Under the pieces are notes generated by a model. The model saw nothing but the letters and a program-made list of their open reading frames with translations, did not search any database and was not told the origin of the DNA. DNA of 64,000 bases. Source: Tepidisphaera sp. Lineage in GTDB: Bacteria > Planctomycetota > Phycisphaerae > Phycisphaerales > UBA1924. Positions 57,878-64,000 of this stretch are shown here, piece after piece. Position numbers and translations under genes: made by a program. Numbering within the stretch: the first letter of the stretch is position 1; every line of letters begins with the position of its first letter. The stretch lies in contig CP051526.1 in NCBI GenBank assembly GCA_050916045.1, forward strand, positions 1,376,001 to 1,440,000. The letters run 5' to 3'.

Positions 57878-58864
57878 TCAGACCTTGACCGTTCCGATGA
57901 GTTCGCGGATGTTCGTCGCTCCCCTCCGCTTGACCCACGATGCGAGGCCCGAAGCGATATGGATCGGTGAGCGCGGGTCGGCGAAGAGGCCGGTGCCGAT
58001 CTCGACGGCGGTCGCTCCGGCGAGGATGAACTCGGCCGCGTGTTCCCACCGCATGACGCCGCCGATGCCGATGATGGGAACCCCGGCGTCCTTGCAGATG
58101 CGGCGGTAGGCGTCGTAGACGAGCTTGACCGCGATGGGGTGGACGGCGGGGCCGGAGAGGCCGCCGGTGATGTTGGCGAGCTTGGGCGTGCTTGTCTCGA
58201 CGTCGATCGCCATGGCGGGCGTGGTGTTGGCGAGGCAGACGGCGTCGGCACCCGTTCGTGCGTTGGGGCCGGCGGGTGTGCCGGCTCCGTCGATGGCGGC
58301 GCGGACGAGGTCGACGATGCCGATGTTGGCGACGGCGATGGAAACGGGGCTGAGCTTGACGAAGAGGCGGGTGCGCGTCAGGACGGGGCGGACGGCTCCG
58401 ATCAGTTCGCGGAGCATGGCCGGGTCGGCTCCGAACTCGCAGCCGCCGTGAACGTTGGGGCACGAGACGTTGAGCTCGACCGCGCCCATCTGCTCGATCT
58501 CGTTCATCCCCGCGGCCGCGACGACATAGTCATCGATCGAGTAGCCCGCGATGGACCCGATGACGCGCGTGGGCACCGACGGCACGCGCGGCGCGACCTT
58601 GGAGAGAAACGCGTCGAGGCCCATGTTCGCGAGGCCGATGGCGTTGAGCATCCCGGCTTCGGAGGGCAGGATCCGCCAGGTCTGGTTCCCCTCGCGCGGA
58701 AGGCGCGTGATGGATTTGGTGACAAGCCCGCCGACCTTCGCGAGATCGACGACATCGTTCATCTCATCGAGCGTCCCGGCGGTGCCGGCAGCGAGAATGA
58801 CAGGGTTCCGCAGGGCAAGCCCAGCGAGGTCGGTCTTCAAAATGGCGTCGTCGGCGTGGCTCAA
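57878..58864 (-). CDS. pyrD: Dihydroorotate dehydrogenase, family 1
   Basis: NP.ILAAGT, TKS, GN, NAIGL.N, LNVSCPN, KLSP, NT, GGLSGPA, GIGG; TTG start inferred. Confidence 0.92.
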   Translation of the reverse strand: MSHADDAILKTDLAGLALRNPVILAAGTAGTLDEMNDVVDLAKVGGLVTKSITRLPREGNQTWRILPSEAGMLNAIGLANMGLDAFLSKVAPRVPSVPTRVIGSIAGYSIDDYVVAAAGMNEIEQMGAVELNVSCPNVHGGCEFGADPAMLRELIGAVRPVLTRTRLFVKLSPVSIAVANIGIVDLVRAAIDGAGTPAGPNARTGADAVCLANTTPAMAIDVETSTPKLANITGGLSGPAVHPIAVKLVYDAYRRICKDAGVPIIGIGGVMRWEHAAEFILAGATAVEIGTGLFADPRSPIHIASGLASWVKRRGATNIRELIGTVKV

Positions 58865-58895
58865 GGGCTGATCGTACCCGACAGAGCCTCCAACG

Positions 58896-58918
58896 GAGCC
58901 CCGGCGCAAGCCGGGGGA
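58896..58918. repeat. REP-like GC hairpin at the pyrD-proximal edge of the accessory array
   Basis: CCCCGGC-GCAA-GCCGGGG with no T tract. Confidence 0.45.
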
Positions 58919-58950
58919 CTGGGCGCACGTTCACCGAGGAAATCGTCGTT

Positions 58951-59571
58951 TCACCGCTTCGACGCCGGTGGCTCCGTCGGCGGCGGGAGCCCGTGGCGGC
59001 GGCAGATCTTTCGGATCGCCTTCTCGCATTCTCGACGTTGCCACGCCTTCGGGACGGTTGTTGCGAGCTCGGACAGTCTGGGAATGTCGTCGGGTGTGCC
59101 GCACGTCCCCAGGCCCGTCGGTGCGTGCCCCGGGAGTTGATCCAGAACCGCCAGCAGCACGCGACGGGCGAACGGTTTTGGACACTTCTTGGCGATCCCC
59201 TCGCAGAGCATCTGTCGGCCCTCGCCGAATGACTGGTTCGTGAGCGCCCGCTCGAACCACTCGCACGGCACTTTCGCTTTGCTTCGGCGGATCGTCTCGC
59301 CCGATGTCCAACGATTGTGCTCGTGGCGGTCGAAGTAGTCACAGAGCACGCCGCCATCGAATCGGCACGCGGCATTCTGGAGAATCATGACCAAGAGCCA
59401 GCCCTCCCGATTGTCCATCGAGGTGGCGAGGTATTTCAGGACGACCGCGACGGTCTCCGTCGTTGCTGCACCGCCGCCCGTGAACCCCATGGCGAACGGA
59501 TCTTCGAGGCCGCTTGCTTGGCGGAGTTCCGCTTCGATGATCGCCAGTCGCTGCTCTGCGGGAGTGGTCAT
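58951..59571 (-). CDS. HEAT-repeat-like hypothetical protein
   Basis: AAGGA RBS; helical pattern RW..G..I ... FGEGRQML...IAK ... LG ... W.RRE..KAI.KI. Confidence 0.6.
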   Translation of the reverse strand: MTTPAEQRLAIIEAELRQASGLEDPFAMGFTGGGAATTETVAVVLKYLATSMDNREGWLLVMILQNAACRFDGGVLCDYFDRHEHNRWTSGETIRRSKAKVPCEWFERALTNQSFGEGRQMLCEGIAKKCPKPFARRVLLAVLDQLPGHAPTGLGTCGTPDDIPRLSELATTVPKAWQRRECEKAIRKICRRHGLPPPTEPPASKR

Positions 59572-59656
59572 GCCCCAATTCCTTCACGACATCACGCGGG
59601 GCGATTGGCCGCTGCCACGGCTATCGCTTGCGGCGGAGTATAAGGGTGAACCGAGT

Positions 59657-59704
59657 GGCGAGTGGCATAAGTTGAGGGTGCCATCAGTTGATGGCACTTC
59701 GGGC
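59657..59704. repeat. Collapsed copy (E1) of the ~150-bp palindromic element
   Basis: Shares ggcg.gtggcat.agttgagggtgccatcagttga with E2/E3; perfect palindrome GTGCCATCA-GT-TGATGGCAC. Confidence 0.8.
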
Positions 59705-59778
59705 TGGGAGGCTTGCATGTGCTTTCGGTGCCGCGCGTGCTTTCGCCATTTTGACGCTTGCGGTTTCGTGGATGTCGA

Positions 59779-60576
59779 TCAGCAGCCGGTCTCGAAGGCC
59801 GCGACGAAGGCGTCGTAGTCAAAGAAGTCGACGAAGCCGTCGTTGTTGAAGTCGGCACCCGCACCGGTCCCCGTCGGGCAGTCGGCACCTTCATAGCACG
59901 CGACGAAGTCGTCGTAATCGAAGAAGTCCGTGAACCCGTCGCCGTTGAAGTCCGAAGCGCAGTACGCAACCCAGCGGAAGGTCGCTCCGAAGTCGGCGCC
60001 CGTGCTTCCCCATTCCCACGAGGGATCGACGGACGCGTCGGCGACCATGTGAAGCTCGTACGTGCCCGGCGGGAGAATTCCGGCATCGTCGATCGTTGAT
60101 TCCGCCATGAACTCATTGTGCTGCTGGGCGACCGTGCCGCCCGGGCCGAAAAGCGTGACCAGCGCCGTGGCGGAGTTGCCCCGGATCGACCCCGTCAGCC
60201 AGTAACGCACGGGCGCATCGATGCGGAACACGATCTCAAAGCCGGACCGGCCGGTTGAACTGGACAGGTCGCTCTCGGGGCCGGGGCTGGTGCTAGCTCC
60301 GCCCTGGCCGACCGCCCAGAAGCGGTCCTCGCCGATGCCGCTTTCCTGCGTGCCCACGCCGCATCCCGTGTTGCCGAGCGGAGTGGTGACGCACGCCACG
60401 CTGACGCTCCGGAAGGTGCCCAGACCCGCGTCGGACTCCTGCCGCCCGTCGTAGACCGTGTCGCCGCTCGCGGAAGCGGCGGTGGCCCGTCGGGTCAGGA
60501 GCGGGGTGACCTGTCCGAAGCAGACCTCGGCCGTGGAAAGACAGCAGACCAGCACCGACGCGATTCGAACGTTCAT
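59779..60576 (-). CDS. Secreted protein with C-terminal paired dockerin/EF-hand-like repeats ending in GC
   Basis: Signal peptide; C.SDFNGDGFTDFFDYDDFV...ADFNNDGFVDFFDYDAFVAAFETGC; GAGGAGG RBS. Confidence 0.85.
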   Translation of the reverse strand: MNVRIASVLVCCLSTAEVCFGQVTPLLTRRATAASASGDTVYDGRQESDAGLGTFRSVSVACVTTPLGNTGCGVGTQESGIGEDRFWAVGQGGASTSPGPESDLSSSTGRSGFEIVFRIDAPVRYWLTGSIRGNSATALVTLFGPGGTVAQQHNEFMAESTIDDAGILPPGTYELHMVADASVDPSWEWGSTGADFGATFRWVAYCASDFNGDGFTDFFDYDDFVACYEGADCPTGTGAGADFNNDGFVDFFDYDAFVAAFETGC

Positions 60577-60656
60577 GCGACCCTCCTCTTGACTCACGTG
60601 GAGTGTAACCGAGCCGGGCTTGGATACGAACGGTCGTTTGCTCGCGGCCGCCGGAA

Positions 60657-60808
60657 CGGCGGGTGACGCGAGTTGAGGGCGCCATCAGTTGACGCCGCAG
60701 CGGGTGTTGCGATCGCGCGTCGGGCGAGCTTTGCCGTCCGCTGATGCCTTCGCGCGACGGGGGCCAACCACCAGGAGGGTCGAAGCGACCCAAGTGGTGG
60801 CACTCGGC
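60657..60808. repeat. Palindromic element copy E2 (152 bp)
   Basis: ~80% identical to 61977-62130; begins right after the TGA of 60809-61309 on the minus strand. Confidence 0.9.
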
Positions 60809-61309
60809 TCAGTACGTGCGAGAGCCAACTTCGCGGAAGAAGGACGCGAGGGAGGATGAAACGACGCGGCCCGCCTTGCCAAGGTCATCGCGAGTCTTAA
60901 GGTCGCAATCGTGGTAGAGTTGCATGATTCTTGGGTTCGTCGTGCTGTAGGTAAAGTCCAAGAAGTACGGGTCGCCGCTCCCCGTCAGGCACGCTCCGAA
61001 GCAGATGAGCCCCAGCGGTCTCGCCAACAGGCCTGGATAGAAGCCTGTGGATTCCTCCATCATATCCGCGGGGCTCAACCAGCCGATCTCATGGGAGGTG
61101 CCATCGGCGGAACGGTGCTCGAAACATGTGTCGGTGATCCAAAGCGACGTCAACATGTCGACGAGCCAATCGCAGTTCGCGTTCGCAAACAGTTCCCGCA
61201 GGACAACCGTTTCCGAAGTGAGAATGACTCTTCCACGCTTGCCAAGGACGAAGCAACTCAGCGAGTCCTGGTGCGGCCACATTCGCGTTCTCCCTTTCCC
61301 TTCGGTCAT
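60809..61309 (-). CDS. SMI1/KNR4-like putative immunity protein
   Basis: LICFG.C..GSGDPYFLD......P.I..LYHD......SSL..FF, typical of a SUKH C-terminal half. Confidence 0.55.
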   Translation of the reverse strand: MTEGKGRTRMWPHQDSLSCFVLGKRGRVILTSETVVLRELFANANCDWLVDMLTSLWITDTCFEHRSADGTSHEIGWLSPADMMEESTGFYPGLLARPLGLICFGACLTGSGDPYFLDFTYSTTNPRIMQLYHDCDLKTRDDLGKAGRVVSSSLASFFREVGSRTY

Positions 61310-61364
61310 AAGTCAAGCTGTGCGGCGTTGCTGCGGATTCCGCCCCGGGATTGGACACCATCGT

Positions 61365-61820
61365 TCAGTCGTTGCAGGACCATTCGAATCCACATACTCC
61401 GCATTCGCTCGCCGCCTTGAGAATCTCGGCGATGTGACGCATGTCGGAGTCAACCGCTGGGATGGTCCGCTGGTCGTCCTGCCAACGAAGGTCCCGGTCG
61501 AAGTCGATGATCACGCGTGGACCGCCTCGGGAGTCGTCGAGTGCCCAGACCGCTCCCTTTCCATCGCAAACTTCCGCGGGATAGCAGGCCACGCCATTGT
61601 CTTGAAGACCTTTGAGGAGAATCTGTTTGGCATCCTCGGCGTTCTTGATCGAGACGGTTTCCCATAGCTGTGTTCCGTCGGGGTCACATTTGACTGCCAT
61701 GGCTGCCGAGGTTCCGTTTATCCAGATCGGCGGGAGCAAGGTGTCGATCAGCTTCGTCAAGAGACGAGCGACTCCGTCGCGCCCGCTTAGAATGATGGTG
61801 ATATCGACACGCATGGTCAT
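61365..61820 (-). CDS. Hypothetical protein
   Basis: AAAAGGGAG RBS before MTMRVDIT; the upstream ORF extension runs through a terminator and the recA remnant. Confidence 0.55.
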   Translation of the reverse strand: MTMRVDITIILSGRDGVARLLTKLIDTLLPPIWINGTSAAMAVKCDPDGTQLWETVSIKNAEDAKQILLKGLQDNGVACYPAEVCDGKGAVWALDDSRGGPRVIIDFDRDLRWQDDQRTIPAVDSDMRHIAEILKAASECGVCGFEWSCND

Positions 61821-61886
61821 GGGCGGCTCCCTTTTCGGGCCATCGGGTCTGTCGCCGAGTTCTGACGGCTGCTTTGCAGCATAATC

Positions 61887-61920
61887 GAAAAACCCGCTCG
61901 TCGCGGGGTTGTTTGGAGTG
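61887..61920 (-). terminator. Diverged copy of the recA terminator
   Basis: gaaaaacccgctcgtcgcggggttgtttggagtg versus gaaaaaccccgctcggggcggggtttggagtg at 63424-63455. Confidence 0.7.
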
Positions 61921-61947
61921 CTTGGATCAGGTCGGGCCGCGAAGCGA

Positions 61948-61978
61948 TTATTCCTCACCCTCATCCTCATCATCACCG
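61948..61978 (-). pseudogene. Displaced duplicate of the recA 3' end (GDDEDEGEE*)
   Basis: 30/31 identical to 63483-63513; the only difference is synonymous (GGT/GGC). Confidence 0.9.
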
Positions 61979-62130
61979 GCGGGTGGCATGAGTTGAGGGT
62001 GCCATCAGCTGACGCCGCAGCGGCGGTTCCGGTCGCGAAGCAGGCGATCTTCGGCGTCTACTGATGCGTTCTCGCGACCGACGTCCAACCATCTGGAGGC
62101 TCGAAGCGATCCAACTGGTGGCATCCGGCG
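61977..62130. repeat. Palindromic element copy E3 (154 bp)
   Basis: Terminal imperfect inverted repeats GGGTGCCATCAGCTG / CAACTGGTGGCATCC; inner stem cggtcgcga/tcgcgaccg. Confidence 0.9.
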
Positions 62131-63243
62131 TCAGGTTACTCGACGAGTGCGGCGCGATGAGAACATCGCGATCGCGGTGCCAAGGCAACCGACCCCGGGC
62201 GTCGGAACGGTAACGACGAACCCGCGGCTGTTGTTGACGCCCGGGCCTAAACGTCCGAACCCGGTGAAGGTCAGCCCGTCCGACGAGACCGCGGCGCAGT
62301 TCGAGAGCACGAAGTCCGGCAGCAAGACCACGCCGAATCGCCCGAAGTAGTCTCCGAGCAATTCGACGCCGTGCGCCTCGGTCCAGACGGCCGCCAGCTC
62401 TCCCTGTGCAATGTTCACGCGGCCAACCACAACGGACCCGATTTCGTCAACGCCGTTTGCGGCGAACGCCAGCGGCTCCCCGTTGTATGGACCCATTTCC
62501 ACGCGCTCGCCATCACGAAGCATGACGGCACCGTGCCAGAGTCCGACAAGCACGGAGCCCGTTGAGTTCATCGCGGACGGGAGGATGTCCGGGAGTGCTC
62601 GCATGCCGCTCTGCGGCGTCCATACGAACCCTATCTCGTTGCTGCTTCCTCCAGACGCCCCCACGACAACGTCTCCGGCGCGGCTGACCGCCACGGCGCG
62701 CCCGAAAAAGTCGCCGGGGCGAGCAAATCCGAGATGAACCATTCCTTCAGCCTCGGTCCAGCGAAACGCCCGAGTAAAGCCATTTTGTTCCGCGTATCCA
62801 ACCACCACCGAAGCATCGTGGTTCGCGTCGAACGCCCGGGATGAGGTGGCTCCTGGCAGTATCCCCAAGTTGATCGCTTGCCCGTCGCGGAAGATCGCGG
62901 CCATGCCGCCGCGACCCCAGGAGCCTCGGCCACCGTCATAACCCATTCCCACGACGGCCGAGCCATCGTTTGAAATCCCGAACACGTAGCTGTCCAACGG
63001 CATGCCGGCAAGAAGCCCGAAGTCTTCCCGCCCGGCGGCACCAGACCACCGGAATCCGACGGCTCGCCGAGACGGGCCTCCCGACAGCCCCGCCACGAAG
63101 CGGCCATCATCCGAAAGCCCCGCGACATAAGCGTTCTGATTACCCTCGGCGGGCGCGATGAGATCCAACGTCTGCCCTCGTGCCACAAAGCCCGAGAACA
63201 ACGTGACCAGCGCTGCCGGAATGCCGCTTCGGAGCATGCTCAT
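62131..63243 (-). CDS. Secreted HAF-repeat-like protein with PEP-CTERM-type tail
   Basis: Repeated S.DG..VVG / AFRW units; C-terminal VPTPG + hydrophobic stretch + RRTRR. Confidence 0.8.
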   Translation of the reverse strand: MSMLRSGIPAALVTLFSGFVARGQTLDLIAPAEGNQNAYVAGLSDDGRFVAGLSGGPSRRAVGFRWSGAAGREDFGLLAGMPLDSYVFGISNDGSAVVGMGYDGGRGSWGRGGMAAIFRDGQAINLGILPGATSSRAFDANHDASVVVGYAEQNGFTRAFRWTEAEGMVHLGFARPGDFFGRAVAVSRAGDVVVGASGGSSNEIGFVWTPQSGMRALPDILPSAMNSTGSVLVGLWHGAVMLRDGERVEMGPYNGEPLAFAANGVDEIGSVVVGRVNIAQGELAAVWTEAHGVELLGDYFGRFGVVLLPDFVLSNCAAVSSDGLTFTGFGRLGPGVNNSRGFVVTVPTPGVGCLGTAIAMFSSRRTRRVT

Positions 63244-63423
63244 GTAATCAAGATACCGGGAATCGAGGAATTGGCCAACAGAAACCTCGGATCCCGCGGG
63301 TGATGTACTGACAAGTGTTCCTTCCATGGAGTTTTCAATTCTGGACTCCGCACGATGATCTCGGTTTGGCCAAGCATCGCCGCTTCGACTTTTGCTGTCG
63401 CTGGCGGCTCTGTTGATCCCAAA

Positions 63424-63455
63424 GAAAAACCCCGCTCGGGGCGGGGTTTGGAGTG
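63424..63455 (-). terminator. Rho-independent terminator of recA
   Basis: Minus strand aaaccccgc-cccga-gcggggttt followed by ttcttt. Confidence 0.75.
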
Positions 63456-63482
63456 GTCATGACGGGAGAAACTCGCCGAGCG

Positions 63483-64000
63483 TTATTCCTCGCCCTCATC
63501 CTCATCATCACCGCCGTGGTTGATGGGGCCGGCGGGTTGCATGGCTTTGACTGCGAGGACCTGCTTGCGGATCTCGGCGGCCATCTCGGGGTTGTCTTTG
63601 AGGAACTGCTTGGCGACTTCGCGGCCCTGGCCCATGCGGACTTCGCCGTAGTTGAACCAAGAGCCGGACTTCTGGCAGACCTTGGCTTCGACGGCGACGT
63701 CGAGGAGGTCGCCGGACCAGGAGATGCCCTCGGTGAACATGACGTCGAACTCGGCTTCGCGGAAGGGGGGGGCGATCTTGTTCTTGACGATGCGGGTGCG
63801 GGTGCGGCTTCCGACGACGACGTCGCCCTCCTTGATCGCGCCGATCCGGCGGATGTCGATGCGGACGGACGCGTAGAACTTGAGGGCGCGGCCGCCGGTG
63901 GTGGTCTCGGGGCTTCCGAACATCACGCCGATCTTCTCGCGGATCTGGTTGATGAAGATGACGGTGCAGTTGCTTCGGGCGATGACGCCGGTGAGCTTGC
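63483..64000 (-). CDS. recA: Recombinase A, 3' part (runs off window edge)
   Basis: [48 protein letters not shown]...GQG. Confidence 0.97.
   Translation of the reverse strand, partial: KLTGVIARSNCTVIFINQIREKIGVMFGSPETTTGGRALKFYASVRIDIRRIGAIKEGDVVVGSRTRTRIVKNKIAPPFREAEFDVMFTEGISWSGDLLDVAVEAKVCQKSGSWFNYGEVRMGQGREVAKQFLKDNPEMAAEIRKQVLAVKAMQPAGPINHGGDDEDEGEE

Noticed and set aside
61821..61976. N-terminal extension MMMRMRVRNN... of the 61365 ORF
   Set aside because: It is an off-frame reading of the duplicated recA tail and terminator; a good RBS precedes the ATG at 61820.
59657..62130. Canonical integron attC sites
   Set aside because: There is no RYYYAAC after the stop and no terminal GTTRRRY in gene orientation, and no intI in the window. 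Kept as a non-canonical element instead.
58951..63330. Prophage or IS element
   Set aside because: No phage structural, integrase or transposase genes are recognisable.

Overview
GC-rich bacterial chromosomal window, most likely from a planctomycete of class Phycisphaerae. This is inferred from a GC-terminated paired-dockerin protein, membrane proteins ending in CxxC...CPECG and a VPTPG PEP-CTERM-type tail. The backbone is dispersed housekeeping genes: bioF-like, fusA, nuoC, rnr, cyoE, uvrB, uvrA, mqnE, tilS, pyrD, 3' part of recA, ABC transporters and a rhamnose-type catabolic cluster. I saw no rRNA, tRNA, CRISPR array, integrase or transposase. The most striking structure lies between recA and pyrD (58.9-63.5 kb). 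Five co-oriented accessory genes are separated there by a ~150-bp palindromic element: two full copies about 80% identical with a compensatory change, plus one collapsed copy. Both full copies start right after a stop codon. One copy abuts a displaced duplicate of the last 9 recA codons with its stop and terminator, which suggests cassette-like insertion into the recA 3' end with no recombinase nearby. Several other short-repeat families flank small accessory genes elsewhere: an inverted 25-bp REP-like pair, 60-bp hairpin direct repeats, and 7-, 8- and 21-nt tandem tracts. One REP-like 27-mer is found exactly, in frame, inside an ~85-aa insertion in MqnE. All alignments were done by eye.
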